A stretch of DNA of 64,000 nt from an uncultured delta proteobacterium (GCA_963841435.1 CAWJCS010000006.1:1568001-1632000); one strand, 5' to 3'. Shown: positions 30,438 through 40,886, counted from the first letter of the stretch. Notes: generated by a model from the sequence alone, not told the origin. Made by a program: numbers and translations.

Positions 30438-33400
30438 AAATCCCTGGAAGCCTTGGGGATGTCGCGCCCCGGCAGGTCGAGCCGCTCCAGCGATTTTACG
30501 ACGACGTGGATCACGTTCGAAGCTTTTTCGAGCGTGCCTTCGGCGAACAGGAGCGACGCGTGCCGAGCAGGAAGCAGGTATCGCTCGAACACGTCGCGAA
30601 ACAAGATCAGATTGCTGAACCCGGTCTCGTCTTCGAGCGTGATGAACACGACGCCACTCGCCGTGCCCGGCTGCTGGCGCGACAGCACCACGCCGGCGAC
30701 CCGCACCGGCTCACCGTGCTCCACCTCGGAAAGCCGCTCCGCCGTCACCACGCCTCGCGCCGCCATGGCCCGGCGCAGATGTCGTAGCGGGTGATCGCTC
30801 ACCGATAGCCCTTTCTTCTGATAGTCGAGCAAGAGCTGTTCCGCTGCCTGGAGGGGACGGAGCAAAACGCGTGGCTCCTTCGTGCTCACCGTGGCGAACA
30901 ATCCACCGACGCGCGGCGTGCGCGCCTGCCAGAGTGCCTGGCGTCGCCCGACCACGAGCGCTTCGAACGCGCCGGCTTCGGCGAGCGCCTCGACCTCGTT
31001 CTTCTTGAGCGCCGCGCGCCGCATGAAATCCGCGAAATTCTCGAATGGCCGCGCCGACTCCACGCGCCGTGCTCCCGCTTCGGAGAGCCCCTTCACGAGC
31101 CGGAGCCCGAGCCGGAGCGCGGGACCCGTGCTCTCGTCTTCGAGTGTCGAGTCCCAGTCGCTCTGCGTCACGTCAACGTCGCGCACGGTGACGCCGTGTC
31201 GCTGCGCGTCCTGGACGATGGTCGACGGCGAGTAAAAACCCATGGGCTGCGAGTTCAAAAGCGCGCAGGCGAAGTGGGCCGGATGATGTTTTTTTTGCCA
31301 AGCAGAGACGTAAACGAGCAGCGCGAACGATGCAGCGTGCGATTCCGGAAATCCATACTCACCGAAGCCCTTGATCTGCTCGAACAGCGCCTCGCCGAAT
31401 GCCCTCGTGATGCCCCGAGCCGCGAAGCCTTCGAGCAGGCGATCGCGGTGGCGCATCAGGCGTCCCGTCTTCTTCCAGGCCGCCATGTCACGACGCAGCT
31501 GGTCGGCCTCGCCGGCGCTGTAGCCGGCGCCCGTGATGGCGATCTGCATCACCTGCTCTTGAAATAGCGGAACACCGAGCGTGCGCTCGAGAATGGGCTC
31601 GAGCGTCGGGTGCGGGAAAGTCACGGGAGCCTCGCCGGCCCGACGCCTGAGGTAGGGGTGCACCATGCCGCCCTGGATCGGCCCCGGCCGGACGATCGCG
31701 ACCTCGATCACGAGATCGTAGAAGCGCTCGGGGCGAAGCCTGGGCAGCATCGCCATCTGGGCGCGGCTCTCGATCTGGAACACGCCCACGGTGTCGGAGC
31801 GACTCACCATCTCGTACACGGAAGGGTCCTCGGCGGGAACTCGCGCGAGGGTCTCGATGGGATCGAAGACTTCGTCGGCAGCCGCTCGCAAATCGCCCCG
31901 CTCGTGCATGAGCCCGAGCGTTTTGCGGATGGCCGTCAGCATGCCGAGCCCGAGCACGTCGATCTTGAAGAATCCGAGCGCCTCGATATCGTCCTTGTCC
32001 CAGGGCACCACGGTGCGCTCGGGCATGCGCCCCGGCTCGACGGGCGCGACCATGGAGAGCGGCTCGGCCGAGAGCACGAAGCCACCCACGTGAATCGACA
32101 GGTGCCGCGGGAAACCCTCGAGCTCCCGAGCGAGGGCGAGCACCTGCTTCAGGCGCTCGGCCCCGGGATCGAATCCCATCTGCTCGATCAGGTTCGCGCT
32201 CGACTCGCTCGTTTCCCAATGGATGATGGTGCTGCTCAGCCTGTCGAGCTGCTCCGCAGCAAGCCCGAACGCCTTGCCCACCTCGCGCAGCGCGCTCTTG
32301 CCGCGGTAGGAGATCACTTCGGACACCATGGCGGCGCGGTCGCGACCCCAGCGCTCGTAGAGCTCTTGAATCACCTCCTCGCGCCGCTCGTGCTCGAAGT
32401 CGATGTCGATGTCGGGTGGCTCGCGACGCTCTGCGCTCAAAAAGCGTTCGAAGAGCAAGCTCGAGCGCGCGGGATCGACCGCGGTGATGCCGAGGGCGTA
32501 GCAAACCGCGCTGTTCGCCGCGCTACCCCTGCCCTGGCACAGGATGCGACGGCGCCGAGCTATTTCGACCACTTCGAGCGTCGAGAGAAAATACGACGCC
32601 ACATCGATCTCGGCGATGAGCGCGAGCTCCTTTTCGACCTGCTCGGCGACGCCCGGCGGCGTGCCCCCGGGGTAGCGTCGCGAGAGCCCTTCGAGCGTCA
32701 GGCGGCGCAGTCTTTCGTCGGCGCTCTCTCCCGGCTCGAGCGTACACGGGAAGCGATAGCGAAGCTCGGAGAGCGAGAAACTCAAAAGGCCCCCCAGCTC
32801 CCCGGCGTGATCGACCCAGGCGGGCCGATCGGCGAAGACACGCCGCATTTCGAGCTCGGAGCGCAAAAAGGCCTCCGCGTTACCGTCGAGCGCGGTGCCG
32901 GCGCGATCGAGCGTCGTGCCCGTGCGAATGCAGTGGAGCACGTCGGCGAGCGGCTTGCGCTCCGGCACGTGGTAAAGCGGGCGGGCGCTCGCGACGATCC
33001 CGAGGCCGTAACGATGAGCGGCGGAGCGCGCCGCCATCGTGCGCTCTCGATCGAACGCATCGAGGTGCCGATGCACGGCGATCGCCCCGCGCTCCCCGAA
33101 AACTTCCTTGATCGTCCCGAGAAGCTCCGGCGTCGGGGTGCTCGGATCGCCCGGTCGTCGCGGCGACGGAACGATCGCCACGAGACCTGCTGCGTGGTCA
33201 GCGAGCCAACGTGGATCGAGCGCGCTCTCGCCCTTCGGTAGATCCGCGTGCGCGCGCGTGAGCAGGTGGCAGAGGTTCTGGTAGCCCACGAGATTTTCGA
33301 CCAACAACGTCACCACGGGCAGCTCCGGCGCTGCCCTGCGCGTCGCGCTCGTCCGCCAGGAACCCTCGCGCTGCACGCTCGCGTCCACCCCGAGCTCCGC

Positions 33401-33595
33401 GCCCACGATCACGCGCGCACCAAGCTCCTTCGCGGCCACGTGAGCGCGCGCCGAGCCATAGAGCCCGTCCCGATCACAGAGCGCGAGTGCTTCGAGCTCG
33501 AGCTCCTTCGCGCGCGTCACCATTTCCTCCGGGCGAGAGGCACCCCGGAGGAAAGAGAAGGCAGAGCGGCCGAGGAGCTCGACGAAAGCCGGCAC
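30431..33595 (-). CDS. dnaE2: Error-prone DNA polymerase DnaE2 (ImuC)
   Basis: PHP domain SAFSFLRGAS, GRGSAANS, PPDIDIDFEH, YGFPESHA, C-terminal SRDFH motif. Confidence 0.97.
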   Translation of the reverse strand: MPAFVELLGRSAFSFLRGASRPEEMVTRAKELELEALALCDRDGLYGSARAHVAAKELGARVIVGAELGVDASVQREGSWRTSATRRAAPELPVVTLLVENLVGYQNLCHLLTRAHADLPKGESALDPRWLADHAAGLVAIVPSPRRPGDPSTPTPELLGTIKEVFGERGAIAVHRHLDAFDRERTMAARSAAHRYGLGIVASARPLYHVPERKPLADVLHCIRTGTTLDRAGTALDGNAEAFLRSELEMRRVFADRPAWVDHAGELGGLLSFSLSELRYRFPCTLEPGESADERLRRLTLEGLSRRYPGGTPPGVAEQVEKELALIAEIDVASYFLSTLEVVEIARRRRILCQGRGSAANSAVCYALGITAVDPARSSLLFERFLSAERREPPDIDIDFEHERREEVIQELYERWGRDRAAMVSEVISYRGKSALREVGKAFGLAAEQLDRLSSTIIHWETSESSANLIEQMGFDPGAERLKQVLALARELEGFPRHLSIHVGGFVLSAEPLSMVAPVEPGRMPERTVVPWDKDDIEALGFFKIDVLGLGMLTAIRKTLGLMHERGDLRAAADEVFDPIETLARVPAEDPSVYEMVSRSDTVGVFQIESRAQMAMLPRLRPERFYDLVIEVAIVRPGPIQGGMVHPYLRRRAGEAPVTFPHPTLEPILERTLGVPLFQEQVMQIAITGAGYSAGEADQLRRDMAAWKKTGRLMRHRDRLLEGFAARGITRAFGEALFEQIKGFGEYGFPESHAASFALLVYVSAWQKKHHPAHFACALLNSQPMGFYSPSTIVQDAQRHGVTVRDVDVTQSDWDSTLEDESTGPALRLGLRLVKGLSEAGARRVESARPFENFADFMRRAALKKNEVEALAEAGAFEALVVGRRQALWQARTPRVGGLFATVSTKEPRVLLRPLQAAEQLLLDYQKKGLSVSDHPLRHLRRAMAARGVVTAERLSEVEHGEPVRVAGVVLSRQQPGTASGVVFITLEDETGFSNLILFRDVFERYLLPARHASLLFAEGTLEKASNVIHVVVKSLERLDLPGRDIPKASRDFH

Positions 33596-33598
33596 GGA

Positions 33599-33614
33599 CT
33601 GAACAGATGAGCAG
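33599..33614. promoter_or_regulatory. LexA (SOS) box immediately upstream of dnaE2
   Basis: CTGAACAGATGAGCAG; the reverse complement ends in GTTCAG like the Myxococcus xanthus LexA consensus; 3 bp from the start codon. Confidence 0.75.
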
Positions 33615-33958
33615 TTACTGGGGTGGGGTCAAGTCAGAGGAAATATCTCAAACATTACTTGTGATTATGCCCTGATCAGCGGGAGCTCATCGGGGGCACC
33701 GGTGCCGGCCAGCCGTCTGGGCCGCGCCCGTGCACGTGACACGAGTCGTCGCCCGCGATCCGTCACCTGGACGACACGGTTCTCGACGCAACGCCCGACG
33801 CCCGAGCGATGATCGCCACAGTTGGACGCGTGATCCACGAGTCTCACCCACAGGTTCCCCCGAGTCTGTGGAATACCTCGCTGCCGCGGAGCGCGATGAG
33901 GCATTCGAATGGCAGCTCGGTTCCGATCGCGTGTTCGCACGTCGAACGCGCCGAGCGC

Positions 33959-35338
33959 TCAGCGGAGGCCGTAACGCGTCAGCCGATCACGCATGGTGGT
34001 TCGCGGCAATCCGAGCTGACGCGCCGCCGCACTCAGGTTCTTGCCGGACGCTTCCCACGCTTCCTCGATGAGCTGCCGCTCGAGCTCGCGAAGCGGGCGT
34101 GCCTTCGCCGGAGGGACGGCGCTGGTCGCGGAGCCGTTCTCGACCGATGGACTCGAATCCGCGAAGGCATTGTGGTCGTTCAGTACGGCGGAGACCTCGG
34201 CGACACCCACGAGCGGGCCGCCCGTGAGCGCGGCCGCTTCCTCGACGAGCCCCTTGAGCTCGCGGACGTTGCCGGGGAAGTGATAGGCGCGAAGCGCCTC
34301 GAGCGCTCGCGGCGAAAACGAGCGCGGGGGCCCGGCATACGTTGCGGACGAGGCGTTCAAGAATTGCGTCGCCAGCAACTCGATGTCGGCCGTCCGATCA
34401 CGCAGCCGTGGCATCAGGATCGTAAAACCCGAGAGGTGATAGTAGAGGTCCGACTGGAGCACCGCGTCGCGACCGGAGACGTTGGGGTTGGTGGCGCTGA
34501 TCACGCGGGCGCGAAATGGAATGTCGTAGTGGCCGCCAACGCGACGGAACGCACGCGTCTCGAGCGCCCTGAAAAGCTTCGGTGCGAGGGAGGTCGGCAG
34601 TTCGCGGAGCTCGTCGAGGAAGATCGAGCCGGACCCTGCGAGCTCCAAAAGACCCGCGCGCGTGCCCCACGAATCGGTGTTCGAGCCGGCGTCCTGGCCG
34701 AAGAGCTCGCTCTCGAAGAGCGTCTCGGGAATGGCCCCGCAGTCGAGGGGAAGGAACGGACCGTCGGTGCCACTCTGCGCGTGAATCGCCTTGGCCACGA
34801 GCTCCTTGCCCGTTCCTGGCTCACCGACGAGCAAGACGGACAGGTCGCGGTACGGGGCGACGGTGCGGATCTGCTCGTGCACGGCTCGCATGGCGGGGGT
34901 CTCGCCGAGGATCGACCCCGACTTTGGCGGTTGGCTCGGCCGCGGCCCTACCCGTGCCGAGCGACTCGACGCCGCGGCGCGCAAAAGGAGGTCGACTTCT
35001 ACCGCCGAGACCGGTTTCTGAATCACCTCGAAGGCGCCCGCCCGCATCGCGCGCACCGTGGACGGAACGTCAACGTGCCCCGAGAGTACGATACTCGCGA
35101 TGGGTGATTCGGATTGATCCTGCAGGCGCTCGATGAGCGTCACACCATCGCCATCCGGGAGCTGAAAGTCCACCAGCACGGCGTCGAAGCTCCGCTGGCC
35201 AGCCGCGGAGAGCGCGTCGGTCGCGTTCTTCACCGGCGTGACCTGCCACCCGAGGCGCGTGAACGCTCGCTCTGCAGAGCGCAGGAAATGCAAATCGTCA
35301 TCCACGATTAGCAACGAGCTACTAGCCGTCACTGCCAT
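33959..35338 (-). CDS. NtrC/AtoC-like response regulator (REC-AAA+-Fis HTH) with atypical AAA+ motifs
   Basis: IVDDD..D..KP receiver, GEPGTGKE, FLDE, FPGNVREL, HTH NLSAAARQLGL; GAFTGA position reads GSNTDS. Confidence 0.9.
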   Translation of the reverse strand: MAVTASSSLLIVDDDLHFLRSAERAFTRLGWQVTPVKNATDALSAAGQRSFDAVLVDFQLPDGDGVTLIERLQDQSESPIASIVLSGHVDVPSTVRAMRAGAFEVIQKPVSAVEVDLLLRAAASSRSARVGPRPSQPPKSGSILGETPAMRAVHEQIRTVAPYRDLSVLLVGEPGTGKELVAKAIHAQSGTDGPFLPLDCGAIPETLFESELFGQDAGSNTDSWGTRAGLLELAGSGSIFLDELRELPTSLAPKLFRALETRAFRRVGGHYDIPFRARVISATNPNVSGRDAVLQSDLYYHLSGFTILMPRLRDRTADIELLATQFLNASSATYAGPPRSFSPRALEALRAYHFPGNVRELKGLVEEAAALTGGPLVGVAEVSAVLNDHNAFADSSPSVENGSATSAVPPAKARPLRELERQLIEEAWEASGKNLSAAARQLGLPRTTMRDRLTRYGLR

Positions 35339-36005
35339 CACGTGTGTTTCCACTCCTCGAACTGATCACTAAAGGTCGCAGCCAATTTGGGCGGCGTCAA
35401 GCGTTCGAGGCTACCTTCGGGGCGAGGTTCCATCCGAGCGAGCGCGCGGGGACGCCACTCAACGCCGCCCGTCGGCGCAGCGCTCTCGTGCGCTCCGCCG
35501 GTCTCGTCGTGGTCGTCTTGGTTGTCGTCGTCGCGCAAGTTGCGCGAAAGCTCTTGGTGTCGGAAGCGATGAATCCGAGGGGGGAGATTGGTTGTGCGAG
35601 CAACGAATGGCGTCCAGGCCTGTGAAGCTAGACAACTTTGTCGGGTGGCTTCGCCGTGGCACTCGTTGGGCCCGCGACCGGAAGGCGGCCAGGCTGCCGT
35701 CCGCGCCGAGGCGCGGGAACGCCGACGAATTCGACCAAGACGGCCCACTCCTGCGCTCGTCAACGTATTCTGAACGGCCGTCTCGCTGTCAGTCATCGTC
35801 GGATTCCCTCTGCGCTCGCCGCCGACGGGTCGCCTTGTCTCGGGAGATATCGATTCTCGCCGGCAGGACGAATGGCACCAATGTAGGTCTCGCGGGCGAC
35901 CTTCGCCCGTCGCTGGTGCTCTGCCGAGCTCGGCACGGAGGTGCGCGGTCTCGCTCGACGCCGGACGCGAGCGCAGGCTCTACCCGCGCACCGCGCAAGG
36001 TTTCG

Positions 36006-36734
36006 TCAGTCGTTCACTTCGCGGAAATCCACCTCGTTGTGACCGAGGATGGCCGCGTAGCGGTCGGCCCAGGCGAGCGCCTCGGCCCGCGACGGCAAGC
36101 CGAGTAGCGAGAAGCCGGCGATGAGCTCCTTCGATTCGGCGAAGGGGCCGTCGACCCAGCCCCGCTTCCCCTGCGACGGCGCCCCGAGGCGAGCTCCGCG
36201 CGCGCTCGGCCCGAGGCTCTCGGCTGCCAGCACGACACCGTCGTCACCCAGCGACGCACCGAGAGTCTCTGCCGCACGGCGATGCTCTTTGCCGGCGCGC
36301 TCCCCGCGTTCGTCCGCGGCCGTCAACTTGCAGAGGAGCAGGAACTGTTCCGGCACCTTCCCCGAAGGACGCTCCATCAAACCGATGTCCCACGGCTCGA
36401 CGATCGGCCCGACCTCGACCTCGATCCCCCCGAGCAAGCTCGAAAGACGCTCGGCGTGCGCCACGGCCCCGTCCATCGACCGCGCACGCAGCATCACGAG
36501 CGATGCTACGAGCTCGTTGCGGCCTTCGTACGGTCCGCGCTCGACGCTGGGAGCACCACCGCCCGTCTTCACGCGAGCACGACGGGCGCTTCGGTGGAGC
36601 CCGGCGCCGTTCAGGAAGATGCCTTTCGCGAGGCTCTCCCGGACCAGCGTGCCCATGCCCTCGACGATGGCCTGGTTCGGCGGAGCACCGGCTTCCATCG
36701 CGGCATCGACCTTGTGCATGACCAGATAGCGCAT
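36006..36734 (-). CDS. YciI/DGPF-family protein with tandem domains
   Basis: RGPYEGRNELVA and DGPFAESKELIAGF repeats. Confidence 0.85.
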   Translation of the reverse strand: MRYLVMHKVDAAMEAGAPPNQAIVEGMGTLVRESLAKGIFLNGAGLHRSARRARVKTGGGAPSVERGPYEGRNELVASLVMLRARSMDGAVAHAERLSSLLGGIEVEVGPIVEPWDIGLMERPSGKVPEQFLLLCKLTAADERGERAGKEHRRAAETLGASLGDDGVVLAAESLGPSARGARLGAPSQGKRGWVDGPFAESKELIAGFSLLGLPSRAEALAWADRYAAILGHNEVDFREVND

Positions 36735-36742
36735 GGGCCCTC

Positions 36743-37426
36743 CTAGCCGAGCAGCACGGACAGCGCGCCGGGCGACGCCAGCGAATCGAAGGCATGCGTC
36801 GCGCCGCAACCGAGGAGCGCGTCTCTGGTGTAGCGGCCGGTTCCGACGCCAATCGATTCGGCGCCGATACCCTGGGCGGCCGCGACGTCCTTCGGTGTGT
36901 CGCCGATGACGACGACGCGACAGCTCGCGAGCCCGACACCCAGATGCTCGGCGCCGCGCTCCGCCCCGCGGCGGATCAGCACCACCCGCTCCTCGGCGTC
37001 GGAGCCGAAGCCGCCGAAGGCGAACTCTTCGAACACCCCGAGCCCTCCGAGCTTGATGCGCGCCCCCTCGACGACGTTGCCGGTTCCGAGCCCGACACCG
37101 TGACCGCGTGCTTTGGCGGCGCGGATGGCTTCGGCCATGCCGTCGTGAAGGCGGTAGCTCGCGCGATCGACGAGCGAAAGCTCTTCTTCGAGCAGGCGAA
37201 GATAGAGCGTGATGACGGCGTCAATGGCGGCCTCACTGACGGCTTCGCCGATGGCTTCGAGCCCGCGCCGGGCGATCTGCCGGTCGGTGAGGCCGTCGAA
37301 GGGGAAGCGACAGGCGTCATCGCGCGAGAAACGTTCGCTGAAGGCGCGATCGATGGCACGGTGGCCGGCGCCGCCGGTCGTGATCAGGGTGCCGTCGATG
37401 TCGAAGAGCAGGATGGTAGGGGGCAT
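36743..37426 (-). CDS. HAD-superfamily hydrolase
   Basis: FDIDGTL, TGN, IGDTPKD. Confidence 0.9.
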   Translation of the reverse strand: MPPTILLFDIDGTLITTGGAGHRAIDRAFSERFSRDDACRFPFDGLTDRQIARRGLEAIGEAVSEAAIDAVITLYLRLLEEELSLVDRASYRLHDGMAEAIRAAKARGHGVGLGTGNVVEGARIKLGGLGVFEEFAFGGFGSDAEERVVLIRRGAERGAEHLGVGLASCRVVVIGDTPKDVAAAQGIGAESIGVGTGRYTRDALLGCGATHAFDSLASPGALSVLLG

Positions 37427-37549
37427 GGTGAAGACGAGAGGGCGCCGGCGCGCGCGTGTGAGGCGCGCAGCATAGTACGCGACGGCTGGCCCTGCGACCT
37501 GCGCTCGACCGAGTGAAGCGCCGCTGGAACCGTGCCGAAGGCCTTCTTG

Positions 37550-39229
37550 CTAGTCGGCGATGGCTTGGAGGTAGCGTTTACCGGTCCTGCGATCGACGTA
37601 GGCGAGCGCTTCGACGACGCCTTCCGTCCCCCGGAGTAGGAGCCGAACGTAGTCGCGCGCGATGGGAGCGCGGGTCCACCACTCGACGAGAGAAAGACGC
37701 TGCTCGAAGGACAAGGCGTCGACGCTGTACAGACGGCGCTCGATGGCCAGGGTGGCACCCCGTGCGAGCGCCCCGTCGAGCTCCACCGGCACGGGCAAGA
37801 GCCGCGTGAGGGGGGTACGCGCGGAGCCGGGGCTCCCTTCCCTGCCCTCGACGACGGCGAGCGGCGCACCCGCGACGTGCATGGCGATGGGCGTCGCGGC
37901 GCGCGGCCTCTTCGGCCTACGCCGCCGCGGCGTAGCCTGCGTGGAAATCAGCGCTGGACCGAGCGTGCTGCGCGCCTCGAGCCGATGGGCATCGAGCGTA
38001 GTGAGCACGCCGACGCGTTCCTCACCTATGTCGGCGAATAGCTCGGCGAGCACGAGCGGCAGCTCCCTGTCCACGTCGGTACCACCGGAGAGCACCTCAC
38101 CGAGCTCGAGCTGACGCGCGGCCGCCGGAGCGACGACGGGCGCCTCCAGACGCAGCCCCACCGAAGGCGCCGGAAGGCGCGCGCGCTCGAGCCGGGAGCT
38201 GACCACCCGGCGGATTTCCTCTTCGCGGGTGAGCGGCGTGGACAGAGCGAAGCGGAGACTCGTTTTTTCGGGCGCGCCGCGCAGGCGAGCTATCGAACGA
38301 TCGTGCTCGATGTGGAGCACGAGCGACTCGGCCGCGAGCCCGCGCCCGCCGAGCCGCCCGGCCAGCCGCGCCGAAAGCCCCCGCAGTGCGAACTGCAGGG
38401 GCTCGCTCCCCTCGACACCGTGCTCGAAGCTCACCCCCTCCGCGACGCGCGGCGGGAGCTGGTACGGCACGAGCGGCTGCGGATCGTGCCCGGCGGCAAG
38501 CTCGAGCGCGCGGCCCGCCTCCCCTTCGAGGCGGCTACCGAGCGCCGCGCGCGGCAACAGCGCGAGATCTCCCAGTGTGAGCACGCCGAGGCGCACGAGA
38601 AAGCTCTGGCACTCCGCGCCGAGCGGCAGCGAAACGATGGGAAGCTCTCGAACGGCGCGCGGCAGCTCCTCGTTCGTGATCACGAAAAGATCCTTGCCGT
38701 CGTGAGCGGGCGGCGACCAGCGCGCGAACGCGCGTGAGAGCGTGGGGCCGTTCGCGATGGCGAGCCGCGCCACGTGGCCGAGAGAACGCACGCGACTCGA
38801 GAGCTCTTCGCCGAGCGCGGCTTCACCTCCGAACAGATGCGCAGAGCCGGTGACATCGAGCCACACGGTATCTGGAGGGCCGAGCGCTACCGTGGCGCCG
38901 AAGCCGAGCGCCACCTCCGCCAGGGTGGCAAGCGCGCTCCGCAGCACCTCCGGAGAAAGACGCCGCACCTCGAAACCCGCGAAGAGCGCGCCGGCCTCGG
39001 CAATCGTTTGACCGGCGCGCACGCCATAACGCCTTGCCCGGGCGCTCACCGCGTCGAGCAGCAACGTCGGCTTGAGTGGCTCGTCCGGATCGACCCGCTC
39101 GTCCACGAGCACCACGCCGAGCTCGGCGGGAGGGCGATCCGGCGCGCTTCGCGCGCAGACTTCCACCAAGAGCTCGGGCAGATAGAGCGCCGCGATGCGA
39201 CGCCCGGTTTCAGGCGAGCTTTCGCTCAT
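37550..39229 (-). CDS. imuB: Y-family polymerase-like accessory protein ImuB
   Basis: ARRYGVRAGQTIAEA, LDVTGSAHLFGGE, QLEL clamp-like motif, EWW..RDY; downstream of imuA. Confidence 0.9.
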   Translation of the reverse strand: MSESSPETGRRIAALYLPELLVEVCARSAPDRPPAELGVVLVDERVDPDEPLKPTLLLDAVSARARRYGVRAGQTIAEAGALFAGFEVRRLSPEVLRSALATLAEVALGFGATVALGPPDTVWLDVTGSAHLFGGEAALGEELSSRVRSLGHVARLAIANGPTLSRAFARWSPPAHDGKDLFVITNEELPRAVRELPIVSLPLGAECQSFLVRLGVLTLGDLALLPRAALGSRLEGEAGRALELAAGHDPQPLVPYQLPPRVAEGVSFEHGVEGSEPLQFALRGLSARLAGRLGGRGLAAESLVLHIEHDRSIARLRGAPEKTSLRFALSTPLTREEEIRRVVSSRLERARLPAPSVGLRLEAPVVAPAAARQLELGEVLSGGTDVDRELPLVLAELFADIGEERVGVLTTLDAHRLEARSTLGPALISTQATPRRRRPKRPRAATPIAMHVAGAPLAVVEGREGSPGSARTPLTRLLPVPVELDGALARGATLAIERRLYSVDALSFEQRLSLVEWWTRAPIARDYVRLLLRGTEGVVEALAYVDRRTGKRYLQAIAD

Positions 39230-39959
39230 CGGAGGCTCCGAGCATCGGGCTTTCACCGTGCTGAAGGAGCACGGAGCGTGACGGCGTGACGCGCCCCCGG
39301 CGGTCTTTCGCGACCCGCACGACGAGACGCTCTCGCGTGGGACGAGACAGCTCGATGCGCTGCGCTACCGGCAACGGCAACGAGCGGGGCTGTGACGTCG
39401 AAGTGAGGAGCAGCACGTTGCTCTTGGTACCGTTGACGGCCATCGACAGACGCCGAACGACGCGCGAAAAGCTCTTCAACGAAAGATCGACCGTGCTGCC
39501 GAGCGTACCCGACGTGTCCACCACGACGAGGTCGAACACGCCCGACTCCACGAGCTTGATGGCCACTCGCCCGATCGCTTCCGCTTTCGGACGCACGACG
39601 AGCAAACGTTCGATCTTTACGCCGAGCGCTTCCACCCCGGGGGCATAAAGGCTCATGGACGGGTCGACGAAGGCGCACCACGGCACCCGGGCGGAGACGC
39701 TGGCCGCACCCGCACGCTGCGCGGAGCGCACGGCGCTCAGCGACAGCGTGGTGGCGAGCGCGCTCGACCCGGCGACCGAAAGCTCCACCACCCCACCGCG
39801 AAGCAGCCCGCCGTCCGGCAGGGCTCGATCGAGCTCGGCGATGCCGAAGGGCAGACCCTCTTCCTCCCGCCCGAAAGCGGTGCCGAGCTGGACCCCTGCC
39901 TTAACTAATGCGGGGGAAATACTGGCGAGAGCCGCGGGAAGCGCCACGACACTGAACAT
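39210..39959 (-). CDS. imuA: RecA-like ImuA (alternative start GTG 39947)
   Basis: LPFGIAELDRALPDGGL.RG, AFVDP..LYAPG, ERLLVVRP; upstream of imuB. Confidence 0.88.
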   Translation of the reverse strand: MFSVVALPAALASISPALVKAGVQLGTAFGREEEGLPFGIAELDRALPDGGLLRGGVVELSVAGSSALATTLSLSAVRSAQRAGAASVSARVPWCAFVDPSMSLYAPGVEALGVKIERLLVVRPKAEAIGRVAIKLVESGVFDLVVVDTSGTLGSTVDLSLKSFSRVVRRLSMAVNGTKSNVLLLTSTSQPRSLPLPVAQRIELSRPTRERLVVRVAKDRRGRVTPSRSVLLQHGESPMLGASDERKLA

Positions 39960-39982
39960 AGTATCAGATAACAAAATGACAA
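39952..39982 (-). promoter_or_regulatory. LexA box overlapping a sigma70-like promoter of imuA
   Basis: CTGAACATAGTATCAG at 39952-39967; minus strand TTGTCA(39982-77)-N16-TATGTT(39960-55). Confidence 0.75.
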
Positions 39983-40047
39983 GCGCCGGCCCGCTGGCCC
40001 GGCCAAACAATGTCCTCCCAATGCCGCGCCTCGACCCTGTGCGCGCT

Positions 40048-40794
40048 TTAGCGCCCACCGCTCACGTCGAGCAGCGCGCCGGTGACGTACGACGCTTCTT
40101 CGCCGAGCAGCCACACGATGGCACGCGCCACCTCCTCAGGGTCACCGCCGCGCTTCATCGGCAGCGTCGTGCCCAATCGATCGACGCGCCCGGGGTCGCC
40201 GTAGGTCGCGTGGATCTCGGTGTGGATGAGACCGGGCCGCACGGCGTTCACCCGGACGCCCTCGGCGGCCACTTCCTTCGCGAGCCCGAGCGTCATCGTG
40301 TCGATGGCACCCTTCGATGCGGCGTAATCCACGTACTCGCCGGGCGATCCCAGGCGCGACGCTGCCGACGACACGTTGACGATCGCGCCCCCCGGACCAC
40401 CGTGCACCGTGGACATGCGCCGCAGGGCTTCGCGCGCGCACAAAAACGCACCGGTGACGTTGGTGGCAAAAAGGCGCGTCAGCCGCTCCGCATCCATCGC
40501 GTCAACGCGTGCCATCGGCGCGACGATGCCGGCATTGTTGACGAGCGCCGTCACCCGCCCAAGCTCGCGATCCACGCTCTCGAAGAGCCGCACCACCTGG
40601 GACTCGTCGGCCACGTCGCCCCGGACGGCGAGGGCGCGCCCGCCCTCTCGCTCGATGGCGGCGACGACCTCACGCGCGGCGGCCTCGTCGGAGCGAAAAT
40701 TGACGCACACGGCGAAGCCCCGCCCTGCCGCGAGCTTGCTGGTGGCGGCCCCGATGCCGCGACTACCCCCGGTGACGACGAGCACGGGCTGCAT
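40048..40794 (-). CDS. Short-chain dehydrogenase/reductase
   Basis: TGGSRGIG, NNAG, YAASK. Confidence 0.93.
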   Translation of the reverse strand: MQPVLVVTGGSRGIGAATSKLAAGRGFAVCVNFRSDEAAAREVVAAIEREGGRALAVRGDVADESQVVRLFESVDRELGRVTALVNNAGIVAPMARVDAMDAERLTRLFATNVTGAFLCAREALRRMSTVHGGPGGAIVNVSSAASRLGSPGEYVDYAASKGAIDTMTLGLAKEVAAEGVRVNAVRPGLIHTEIHATYGDPGRVDRLGTTLPMKRGGDPEEVARAIVWLLGEEASYVTGALLDVSGGR

Positions 40795-40886
40795 GGCGTT
40801 GCCTCTCGCCCATACCTTAGGCTCGGACGCGAAAACGCCCAGGCCCCGTACCGGTTTTTCTGTGGCACCACCCCTAAAGGCGGACA

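Noticed and set aside
33730-34071. Possible small plus-strand ORF between dnaE2 and the regulator
   Set aside because: No RBS or recognisable motif, and it overlaps the 3' end of the regulator gene
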